NCBI GenBank assembly: GCA_963674965.2
Contig: CAXXFL010000007.1
Coordinates: 800,001-864,000, forward strand
Reading direction: 5' to 3'
Origin: a bacterium
GTDB lineage: Bacteria; RBG-13-61-14; DATKZS01
DNA length: 64,000 nt
Part shown: positions 28,997-37,356 of the stretch, piece by piece
Position numbering within the stretch: position 1 is the stretch's first letter
Layout: each line of letters starts with the position of its first letter
The notes under the pieces: model-generated
Databases searched by the model: none
Told to the model about the DNA's origin: nothing
Seen by the model: the letters and a program-made list of their open reading frames with translations, nothing else
Program-made: the position numbers and the translations under genes

Positions 28997-30217
28997 ATGG
29001 CAAGCGTGGTGGTTTTTGGAGGATGCGGCCAGGTTGGCGGCGTGGCGGTCAAAACTCTGGCCAAAAGCGGTCACTTCGAGGAAATCGTCATTTGTGACCT
29101 GAACGGCGACAGGGCCGGCCAACTCATCAAGGAGGCCGGTCCCAAGGTGAGCTATAAGAGGACCGACCTGATGGACGCGGAAGCGGTCAAGCGGGCGGCC
29201 GCCGGCAAGGACGTGGCCCTCAACTGCTCGGGCCCTTTCTACAAGCTGGTCAAGACCGTGCTTGCCGCGGTGATCGAGGCGGGCGTCAACTACGTGGACA
29301 TATGCGACGACGTGGACGTTACCCTCGAGGTGTTGGCCATGGACGAGAAAGCCAGGGCGGCGGGAGTAACGGCCCTGATCGGCATGGGCAGCTCGCCAGG
29401 CGCGACCAACCTCCTGGCCAAGTTCGCGGCCGACAACCTCCTGGACGAGACCGAGTCCATCGATATTTTCCACGCCCACGGGGGCGAGCCCCTCGAGGGC
29501 GAGGGCGTGATCGGCCACCGTTTTCATTGCATGTCCATCGACATCCCCATGTATCTGGACGGCGAGTTGAAAAAGGTGAAGTATTTCGAGGAGGACGGCG
29601 TGGCCCTGCGCGAGAGCTTCGCCTTTCCCGTGATCGGGGAGGTCCTTCTTTATCCGTATCCTCACCCTGAGCAGGTGACCCTGCCCAATTACGTCAAGTG
29701 CAAACGAGTCACCAACAAGGGCAGCGTTCTTCCCGATCGGTATTACGAGTTGATACGGGACATGTGCGGCCTGGGCCTGAGCCAAAGGGACCCGGTTACG
29801 GTCAAGGGGGTCCAGATAAGCCCTTACGACTTCTCCATGGCCTATATCATTCGGGAAAGGGAAAGGATACTGCGCGAGACCGATTTCGGCCCGCAGAGGG
29901 GCTGCGCCAGCGTCGTGGTCAAGGGGAAAAAAGACGGCAAGAAGACCGAATACCGCTTTCACATGGCCTCGAGAAGCCAGGCCCTGGGAGAGGGAACGGG
30001 GGTCCCCGCCGCGGTGGGCGCCATCTTGATGGCGCTTGGCAAGGTGAAGGGCCAAGGGGTTGCCCCGCCCGAGGCCATGGTCGATCCCATGGACTTCATC
30101 GGCATAGTCCCCAAGGTCATGGACCTGGACTCGAAAAAGGAGGAGGGAGAATCCTTCGGCGGAGTGATAGTCGAGCGGATCGACGAAAACGGCAAGGTCA
30201 CCAAACTGGACATCTGA
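28997..30217 (+). CDS. Saccharopine-dehydrogenase-family NAD(P)-dependent oxidoreductase
   Basis: GGCGQVG, NCSGPF, YVDICDD, GMGSSPG, HPE. Confidence 0.85.
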   Translation: MASVVVFGGCGQVGGVAVKTLAKSGHFEEIVICDLNGDRAGQLIKEAGPKVSYKRTDLMDAEAVKRAAAGKDVALNCSGPFYKLVKTVLAAVIEAGVNYVDICDDVDVTLEVLAMDEKARAAGVTALIGMGSSPGATNLLAKFAADNLLDETESIDIFHAHGGEPLEGEGVIGHRFHCMSIDIPMYLDGELKKVKYFEEDGVALRESFAFPVIGEVLLYPYPHPEQVTLPNYVKCKRVTNKGSVLPDRYYELIRDMCGLGLSQRDPVTVKGVQISPYDFSMAYIIRERERILRETDFGPQRGCASVVVKGKKDGKKTEYRFHMASRSQALGEGTGVPAAVGAILMALGKVKGQGVAPPEAMVDPMDFIGIVPKVMDLDSKKEEGESFGGVIVERIDENGKVTKLDI

Positions 30218-30224
30218 GAGCGGC

Positions 30225-31811
30225 ATGGCTGAACATCGAGACAAGTTCATATTGGCGATCGACCACGGAACCTCCGGCGTCAAGACCTCGCTCATGACGA
30301 CCAGGGGGGAGATGGTCGGCCACGAGCGAGAGCCGACCCCCATCCATTATCTTCCCGGCGGGGGCGCCGAGCAGGACCCGGACGACTGGTGGAACGCCTT
30401 GCTCGAGACCGGCGGGCGTTTGATCGGACGGGGCCTGGTCCCGGCGGAGGACGTGGCGGCCGTCTGCGTCTCGAGCACTTTTTCCTCGACCGTGGCCGTC
30501 GATTCCTCGGGCCGCCATCTCATGAACTGTCTCACCTGGATGGATTCCAGGGGCGCTCCCTACATAAAGGAGGTGGTGGGAGGGTTCCCCAGCTTCGACG
30601 GCTATTGCCTGTACAAGATGCTGCCCTGGATTTATAAGAGCGGCGGCGGTCCCCAGCTCTCGGGCAAGGACGACGTGGCCCACGTCCTCTTTATCAAGCG
30701 CGAGAGGCCCGAGATTTACTCGAGGACCCACATGTTCATGGGGAGCAAGGACTACTTGAACCTCCGGCTATCGGGGGAGTTCGCCGCCAGTTACGACTCG
30801 ATGTCCCTCTTCTGGGTGACCAACTCCAGGGACCCCGGCCGGCCTTATTACGACGACTATCTTCTGCGTCTTTCCGGCCTTGACAAAAACAAGCTCCCTC
30901 CCATGAGGCGCTCGATCGACGTACTGGGATATTTAAAGCCCGAGGTGGCCGGCCGATTGGGATTGAAAAAGGACGTCAAGGTGATCGTGGGGTCTCCGGA
31001 CCACCAGGCGGCCTGCGTCGGCTCGGGCGCGGTCCGGGACTTCGAGGGGCACCTTTACGTGGGGACATCCTCCTGGATTCAGTGCGTGGTCCCCTTTAAA
31101 AAGACGGACGTTCTCCACTCGATCGCTTCCCTTCCCACCTCGATACCGGGAAAATACTACTGCGCCAACGAGCAGGACGCCGCGGGCGGGTGCCTGACGT
31201 TCCTGATCGGCAATATCCTTTATCATCGAAACGAGGTCCGCTCGGAGGACCCGCCGGCCGACGTCTTCGAGCGCGTCGAGAAGATCGCCGCCAGGACCCC
31301 CGCGGGAAGCGGCGGGCTGATCTTCACGCCCTGGCTGAACGGCGAGCGGACGCCGGTGGACGACCCGAACGCCCGGGCCGGTTTCCATAACCTGGGACTC
31401 ACCTCCAACCTGGACCACATGGTCCGGGCGGTCCTGGAGGGCGTGGCCTACAACAACCGCTGGGCGCTGGGGTACGTTGAAAAATTCATCGGCCGCAAAA
31501 TGGACGGCCTCAACATGATCGGGGGCGGCGCGCTTTCCCCTTCTTGGCGTCAAATCTTCGCCGACGTGACGAACCGTGAGATACGCCAGATCAAGGACCC
31601 GGTTCAGGCCAACGCGAGAGGGGCTGCCTTTATCGCTTCCGCGGCCCTCGGTTATATCACCTTCGAGGAAATACCGGGCCTGGTAAAAGTGGAGAACGTC
31701 TCGAGACCCGAGCCCGGGAACGTGAAAATCTATAATGACCTCTATGGGGAATTCCTCCAGATTTACCGCCGTAACGCCCCCATTTACAGGCGTCTGAACC
31801 TGAAGAAATAG
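30225..31811 (+). CDS. FGGY-family kinase (xylulokinase-like, substrate unknown)
   Basis: IDHGTSGVK, EQDP, WMDSR, GTS, PWLNGERTP, RAVLEGVA, GGGA. Confidence 0.88.
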   Translation: MAEHRDKFILAIDHGTSGVKTSLMTTRGEMVGHEREPTPIHYLPGGGAEQDPDDWWNALLETGGRLIGRGLVPAEDVAAVCVSSTFSSTVAVDSSGRHLMNCLTWMDSRGAPYIKEVVGGFPSFDGYCLYKMLPWIYKSGGGPQLSGKDDVAHVLFIKRERPEIYSRTHMFMGSKDYLNLRLSGEFAASYDSMSLFWVTNSRDPGRPYYDDYLLRLSGLDKNKLPPMRRSIDVLGYLKPEVAGRLGLKKDVKVIVGSPDHQAACVGSGAVRDFEGHLYVGTSSWIQCVVPFKKTDVLHSIASLPTSIPGKYYCANEQDAAGGCLTFLIGNILYHRNEVRSEDPPADVFERVEKIAARTPAGSGGLIFTPWLNGERTPVDDPNARAGFHNLGLTSNLDHMVRAVLEGVAYNNRWALGYVEKFIGRKMDGLNMIGGGALSPSWRQIFADVTNREIRQIKDPVQANARGAAFIASAALGYITFEEIPGLVKVENVSRPEPGNVKIYNDLYGEFLQIYRRNAPIYRRLNLKK

Positions 31812-32056
31812 CCGGATCGTCGGGAAAGCCAACCCCCGGCCGTCCTCATCGGAACGTCCGGACGCCTATCGTTGTCAAAACTTAAATCGCCGGGTCTGGC
31901 AGTTTTCTCTTGACAGTGAAAATCATTGTTGTACCTTAGTATCAAGGAGAACTGGATTCCAGATTGAAGCTTTTGTTCCGGCGCTCGTTTCAGCTCATGG
32001 CAGTACATATGAGCCGATAAGAACCTCGCCATATTGGCGGTGAAAGGATTACGGTC

Positions 32057-32653
32057 ATGGCCCGGGTAAAAGGAACTATTATTTTGGACTTTGTAAAAAC
32101 CATCAAGGCGGATAAAAGCGGAGCCTATGACGGTTTTCTTAACGAGGAAGACTGGAAAGTTATCAACCAGCGCGTACTCCCAAGTAATTGGTATCCATAC
32201 GAGACTTTCGAGCGGCTCTTCGGCGCCGTGGTCAAGGTCCTGGCCGGCGGCGACATGCATACCGTCCGGCAATGGGGCCGCATCTACGGCGAGGCCATCG
32301 TGACGGGCGTCTACCGGGGGATCATCAAGGAAGGCGAGCCGATGGAGAGCCTGCGCAAGTACGGGACTTACATCCGCAACCTTTTCGACACCGGCGAGCT
32401 CGTCATCCAGCCCATCACCGCAAACGAGGCCGTGCTGACGGCCCGGGGTTTCGATCCCAATTTCGAGCCTCACTATCACATGATGATGGGATGGATCGAG
32501 AGGTCCCTCGAGCTTTGCGGGGCCCAGGACATCAAGATGGATTTCGTTTCCAAGTCCTGGCTCGGGGACAAGGAGACGAAATTCAGCGTCCGCTGGCGTG
32601 AGCTTCCCGCCTTCGTGCCGCCCACCAAGGGCATGGTCAAGGAAAAAGGCTGA
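32057..32653 (+). CDS. Conserved hypothetical protein (myxobacterial DUF2378/V4R-like)
   Basis: AAGGA RBS; own promoter TTGACA 31910 and TACCTT 31932; VKG....F, LPSNWYP, GW..R.LELCGA, F.VRW pattern. Confidence 0.6.
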   Translation: MARVKGTIILDFVKTIKADKSGAYDGFLNEEDWKVINQRVLPSNWYPYETFERLFGAVVKVLAGGDMHTVRQWGRIYGEAIVTGVYRGIIKEGEPMESLRKYGTYIRNLFDTGELVIQPITANEAVLTARGFDPNFEPHYHMMMGWIERSLELCGAQDIKMDFVSKSWLGDKETKFSVRWRELPAFVPPTKGMVKEKG

Positions 32654-32674
32654 TCCGATCGCCTGAGGCAATGC

Positions 32675-32712
32675 GCCTCTCCCGGTCTCGGGGCCGGGAG
32701 AGGCTTTTTTTT
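32675..32712 (+). terminator. Intrinsic terminator
   Basis: gcctctcccggtc-tcgg-ggccgggagaggc followed by T8. Confidence 0.85.
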
Positions 32713-34483
32713 ATCGGCGGGGAATGATGGGCAGCACTATCCGCGACGGGTGGTCCGGGTCGTGATAGATGACCTGGTTGGCCTCGACGGCGCGGGTGGC
32801 TCCGGGGACCGGCTCGCCGGTGTTGAGGTTCCGGTTAAACCGCGGGAAGTTGCTGCTCGAGACCTCGACCCTTATCTTGTGGCCCGCCATAAAAAGGTTC
32901 GAGGTCGCCCACAAGTCGATCTCGTACTCCTCGATCTCACCCGGCGTAACCGGGGTGGGGCTTTCCGGGTCGTTGTCCCTGAACATGGCCCGGACCACGC
33001 CGTCCTGGATATTGATGGGCCGGCCATCGGGATGAACGTCCACCAGCTTGACCGTGAAGTCCGTGTCCAGGGCGCTGGTCTTGGCGTAGATGACGGCCTT
33101 GATCGGTCCCGTCACCTCGACGTCCCTCGAGAGCATGGGCGTGGTATAGCAGAGCACGTCCGAGCGCTTTTCCGCCTTGCGCTGGTCGTAGGCCCCCAGG
33201 TTGAGGCCCAGGTTGTTTCCGCCGTAGGTGGGGACCGGGTCGAGCGGGTCGTAGATGAACACGTCGGGGGTCTCCTGGGTCTCGGGCGGCTCCTCGCTCA
33301 AGAGCCCGTCTCCCTCGCCGGTGTTGGCGTGTCCGTCCGAGCGGAAGTAAAAATCCGTGTACTTCGTCCGCTCGAGGGGCCACTCCTTCTCGTCTCGCCA
33401 CACGTTCTCGCCCATCACGAAAATCCTGACCCGGGGCCAACTCGGCACGTCGTTCTCGATGCCCTTCAGATGATAATCGAACCATGACAGCACGTGGGCG
33501 GGGCCGAGCGCGTTCTTTTGCCTGGCCTCCTTGCCGTACTCCATGACTCCGTCCTTGCCGTGGCCCCAGGGGCCGACGATCAATATCGAGTCCCTGGCCT
33601 TGCCCTGGCCCTGGGAGACGATCTTCCGAAAGTCGGAAAGCTGCGGGCCCAGGAACATGTCGTACCAGCCCGCCACGAAGACCGCGGGGGCCGAGACCTG
33701 GGAGTAGCGGTCCTCGAAGTTTACCGATTCGTACACCTTCATTATCTCCGCGGGATCGAGGGCCTGGTTGAAATACTCGACGTCCCGGCCCACCTTGTCG
33801 TCGGCCTGGTCCAGGGGAAGGGTCTTGGCGTAATGGTCGAGCCGCTGGAGCTTCATGGCCACGAGGGGATTGAACCTTCGGCCTCCCATCATGACCGACC
33901 AGAAGTAGACGGTTTGAAGGTGGAGCTCGCCTCCCGTGTACATGACCTCCCGAAGGTCAGGGCTGGTCACGGCCAGGTGCATGGCCCCTATCTCCTGGCC
34001 CGGCGCCGAGAACCACTGGGTCGTGCCCAGGTAAGACCCGCCGTACGTGCCCAGGCGGCCGTCGAACCACGGCCGCTCGCGAATCCAGTTCATGGTCTCG
34101 ACCCCGTCGGGACCGTCATGGATAAAGGGATAGAATTCTCCCTCCGACTTGAACCTGCCCCGGACGTCCTGCTTGACCACTATATACCCGCGCCTCACCA
34201 GAAGGTTGACGGTTTTATCGTAGCCGGAAATGCCCTTGCCGTAGGGGGTCCTTATCAGGATGACGGGGGCCTGGTCCAGGCCCACCGGAGAATAAACGTC
34301 CGCGGCCAGGCGGACCCCGTCGCTCATGGGGATCATCACGTTGGACTGTTTCTTGACCAGGTACTCGGGCTTTCTAAGACGCGGCTTCTTGCTCTTTAAC
34401 TTGAACTTGGCGCAGGAGCCGGACGCCATGGCGACAATGACGAGCAAGAGGGCCGCGTTCCGAAGGCGTTTATTTTGGATCAT
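32711..34483 (-). CDS. CocE/NonD family serine hydrolase, probable lipoprotein
   Basis: IPMSDGVRLAADVY, RTPYGK, QDVRGRFKSEG, GGSYLG (nucleophile), GWYD, GPWGH, SSSNFPRF.RN; signal ending ASGS-C. Confidence 0.92.
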   Translation of the reverse strand: MIQNKRLRNAALLLVIVAMASGSCAKFKLKSKKPRLRKPEYLVKKQSNVMIPMSDGVRLAADVYSPVGLDQAPVILIRTPYGKGISGYDKTVNLLVRRGYIVVKQDVRGRFKSEGEFYPFIHDGPDGVETMNWIRERPWFDGRLGTYGGSYLGTTQWFSAPGQEIGAMHLAVTSPDLREVMYTGGELHLQTVYFWSVMMGGRRFNPLVAMKLQRLDHYAKTLPLDQADDKVGRDVEYFNQALDPAEIMKVYESVNFEDRYSQVSAPAVFVAGWYDMFLGPQLSDFRKIVSQGQGKARDSILIVGPWGHGKDGVMEYGKEARQKNALGPAHVLSWFDYHLKGIENDVPSWPRVRIFVMGENVWRDEKEWPLERTKYTDFYFRSDGHANTGEGDGLLSEEPPETQETPDVFIYDPLDPVPTYGGNNLGLNLGAYDQRKAEKRSDVLCYTTPMLSRDVEVTGPIKAVIYAKTSALDTDFTVKLVDVHPDGRPINIQDGVVRAMFRDNDPESPTPVTPGEIEEYEIDLWATSNLFMAGHKIRVEVSSSNFPRFNRNLNTGEPVPGATRAVEANQVIYHDPDHPSRIVLPIIPRR

Positions 34484-34622
34484 TCATGTCTCCCCGGCCG
34501 AATTTTCGGCTGTTGGTAATCAGTCGATTATCGAAGGCCAGTCCCCCGATGTCAAGAAGAAACCGTCGGGGCGCCGGATCAGGAAACCGACGCCCCGCTT
34601 AAGCGCTCGATATCCTTACCGA

Positions 34623-35288
34623 TCAGTCCTCCTTGGTCCAGGTCCCTCCCGACTCGATCCGTTTCTTGATGTTGATTACCACGGTCGGCAGGTCCTTCGA
34701 GGTCAGGTAGTTCTGCACCATGCTCGGGACCTTGAGGCCAGTCTCGACCTTGGTGGCCGCGTAGGTGATAAGGGTCTTCTTCTCGTCGACCTTCTCGAAA
34801 TGGAAATAGCCGGCCGTGTCCTTCAGGTCGTGGGGGTAAGAAGGGTCCATCTCGAAATCGACCCGGTGGTTTTTCTCGTCCTTCACGTACTTGACCGTGT
34901 ACTCGATGGTTATAAGCGAGAAGTCGAACTCCTTGTGCACCCAGGAAACTTCCCCCTCCGTCTTGACCACGTCGCTTTTGGTCTTGCGGGGAAAATAAAG
35001 CTGGTGCTTGTCGTACTGGCAGAAAATCTTGAAGGCCTCGTCAATGGGCGCGTCGATCAAGGCCGACGACTGGCCGTGGCCGTGAAGCTTGCCGTCCTCC
35101 CCCTTCTCCTCGACGTGCTCGTAGATGGCCTCGCCGGCCAGGAGCTTTTCCTTTTGCTCGGGCGTGAAGCGGGCGAGAGGCGACTCCTCGGCCGCGGCCC
35201 CCGCCTCTTTTTCCGCGTCGCCTGGGCGCGCCATAAGGGGCAGGGCCAGTGCCAACAGTAACGCAAGCAGTATAGATTTAATCTTCAT
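34623..35288 (-). CDS. Exported SRPBCC/START-like (polyketide cyclase/lipid-binding fold) protein
   Basis: GAGGA RBS, Sec signal; IDAP...F.....YD....YFP core and C-terminal helix. Confidence 0.7.
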   Translation of the reverse strand: MKIKSILLALLLALALPLMARPGDAEKEAGAAAEESPLARFTPEQKEKLLAGEAIYEHVEEKGEDGKLHGHGQSSALIDAPIDEAFKIFCQYDKHQLYFPRKTKSDVVKTEGEVSWVHKEFDFSLITIEYTVKYVKDEKNHRVDFEMDPSYPHDLKDTAGYFHFEKVDEKKTLITYAATKVETGLKVPSMVQNYLTSKDLPTVVINIKKRIESGGTWTKED

Positions 35289-35315
35289 CTTTGTCCTCCT
35301 TGGGCGAAGGGCGGC

Positions 35316-36518
35316 TTACAGATGCTCCGCCGCCTTGACCATCAACGTTTCGTTGGTCCCGTCCATTATCTTAAGAAGGTAGGCGTCGCGGGCGAACTTT
35401 TCAACGGGATACTCCTTGGAGATGCCGTATCCGCCCAGGACCTGGACCATCTCGGCCGTGTGTTTGGCCGCCATCTCCGTGGCGAAGACCTTGGCCGCCA
35501 GGCTGGTCTTGAGGTCGCCGGGAAAATTCTTGGTCGCGAGCCAGCTCCCTTTATAAAGGAAGGTCCGCGAGGCCTCGATGGCCTGGTGGCACTCGAAGAG
35601 CTTCTTGGCGATGAGCTGGTGCTTGAAGATGGGGGCCCCCCATTGGACGCGGTTCTTCGAGTGCTCGAGGGCGTACTCGAAGGCCCCCCTCATCAGCCCG
35701 ACGGCGATGTAGCCCACGCCCAGGTTGCCCACCGTGATAATCGAGTTGTGCAGCATGGGATAGAGCTCGCCGGGAGGGAAGATCATCCACTCCTCGGGGA
35801 CCTCGACCTCGTCGAAGAAAACGGCCGACTGGTTGAGCGCCCGAAGCCCGATCTTGTCGATGGACCTGCCGGTTGTGAGGCCGGGGGTATCGGCCGGAAG
35901 CACGAAGGCGCCCGAGCCCTTGATCCCCAGCGACGGGTCCACGCAGCCGAACACGATGTAAGAGTCGGCTATCCCGCCGTTGGAAACGAAGTCGGACTTG
36001 GTACCGGTCAGATAAAATTTCCCGTCCTTTTTCCTGGCGTCCGTGTGGTGGCGCACGTTTTTGTCGTAATAGTTTTTCCCGTCCGAGCCCACCTCGGGCT
36101 CGCTGCTGCACCAGGCGGAAATCTTTTTCCCCGTCGAGTCCTCGCAATAGGGGGTGACGAAGCGCTCCACCAGGTCCTTCCTGTCCGGGGCCAGGAAGGC
36201 CACGAGCTGGGGGACCACCGCGCCCGGTATGAGGGTCGAGACTACGCCGGGGGCCCACCTGGCCAATTCCTCCCACACCAGGCCGATGGTTTGGGGATCG
36301 AGGCCCAGCCCGCCCATGTGCTCGGGTATGGCCATCTTGTTAAAGCCCAGCTCGAAGGCCTGGCCGATGACGCCCCAGAAGCGGTCACTTTTAAATACCT
36401 GCTCGGGGCTGGCCATGAGGTCCAACTCGACCTCGGCCGGACCGGCCACTTCCTTTCCGAAGTCGTGGGCCGTGTCCATCATCAGTCGTTGAGTTTCGGT
36501 CGGTTCGAAGTCGATCAT
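35316..36518 (-). CDS. Acyl-CoA dehydrogenase family flavoprotein
   Basis: IPE.MGGLG, SEPEVGSD, L.GTK..VSNG, DKIGLR, RVQWGAPI..HQ, QVLGGYG...EYPVEK..RDA, IMDGT. Confidence 0.92.
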   Translation of the reverse strand: MIDFEPTETQRLMMDTAHDFGKEVAGPAEVELDLMASPEQVFKSDRFWGVIGQAFELGFNKMAIPEHMGGLGLDPQTIGLVWEELARWAPGVVSTLIPGAVVPQLVAFLAPDRKDLVERFVTPYCEDSTGKKISAWCSSEPEVGSDGKNYYDKNVRHHTDARKKDGKFYLTGTKSDFVSNGGIADSYIVFGCVDPSLGIKGSGAFVLPADTPGLTTGRSIDKIGLRALNQSAVFFDEVEVPEEWMIFPPGELYPMLHNSIITVGNLGVGYIAVGLMRGAFEYALEHSKNRVQWGAPIFKHQLIAKKLFECHQAIEASRTFLYKGSWLATKNFPGDLKTSLAAKVFATEMAAKHTAEMVQVLGGYGISKEYPVEKFARDAYLLKIMDGTNETLMVKAAEHL

Positions 36519-36533
36519 TTCACGCTCCAGTCA

Positions 36534-37298
36534 TTATCCGGTGAAGAAGTCGGTGATCTTGAAGTAATAAGGAAGATAGGAGTCGGCGTCCACTTCCTTT
36601 ATCACCGAGCCGGGCCTCATAACGTTGTCGCTCTCGAGGTAGAAGGCCACGTTGACCTTTTCGATCTCGATCTCGGCCCAGGGGTCGTCCTCCGATTCCC
36701 GGAGGGATATCTCGGCGCTCCCTATTTCCAGGCTCTTCATGTCGATGTCCGTCTTTTGCCGGCAAAGCAGGACGGGACCGTCGAAGCCGGGCTGAAGGTC
36801 TATGCGGGGCATGGCCTTGAACAGGAAGTTGGGGCCCGTGTCCGGCATGGCGGGCAGGCTTCCCGACAGGTCGGCCTTGATCTCGACGAACCTTACGCCG
36901 TGCCTCTCGACCCAGCCGCGGACCTTGTTCCCGTTCTTCTCCAGCCCGATGGACGCCATCTTCTTGGGATACCCGAAGATGTCGCGGCCGTTGTACAGGC
37001 GGCTCTCGAGGCTGTCGATGGGCATGGCCAGGCAGTAGCTTCCGCCCTCGTCACCGTACTTGCACCGCAAAAACAACGCGGCCTCCCGATAGCCCGGACC
37101 CAGGTTGGTCTCGGGATACCGGGCGATGAACATCATGCCCGCGGGCGCGTCCGCCGGCTCGAGCGGCGGCGGCAGAAGCCGCTTGACTATCTCCGGCCTG
37201 GTCTCGAACATGACTCCCAGCATGTTCGCGCCAATGAACTTCCTGTCCCCGAACCCGTAATAGGCGTCAAGCTCCTCTTTCGTCTTTGTAAAACCCAT
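36534..37298 (-). CDS. Acetoacetate-decarboxylase-superfamily protein
   Basis: LLPPPLEP, Y.EAAL, GRDIFGYPKK with putative Schiff-base Lys; GGAGG RBS. Confidence 0.85.
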   Translation of the reverse strand: MGFTKTKEELDAYYGFGDRKFIGANMLGVMFETRPEIVKRLLPPPLEPADAPAGMMFIARYPETNLGPGYREAALFLRCKYGDEGGSYCLAMPIDSLESRLYNGRDIFGYPKKMASIGLEKNGNKVRGWVERHGVRFVEIKADLSGSLPAMPDTGPNFLFKAMPRIDLQPGFDGPVLLCRQKTDIDMKSLEIGSAEISLRESEDDPWAEIEIEKVNVAFYLESDNVMRPGSVIKEVDADSYLPYYFKITDFFTG

Positions 37299-37356
37299 TT
37301 AAAACCTCCCTCTCGGCCCGGCGGAAATTCTTTCTCTTAGGGCCGCTCGATAATTT

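Noticed and set aside
28997-30217. Carboxynorspermidine synthase or lysine-pathway assignment
   Set aside because: No partner decarboxylase or lysine genes; only family-level support
35322-37340. 672-aa plus-strand ORF
   Set aside because: Antisense to the ACAD and ADC genes, which carry clear motifs
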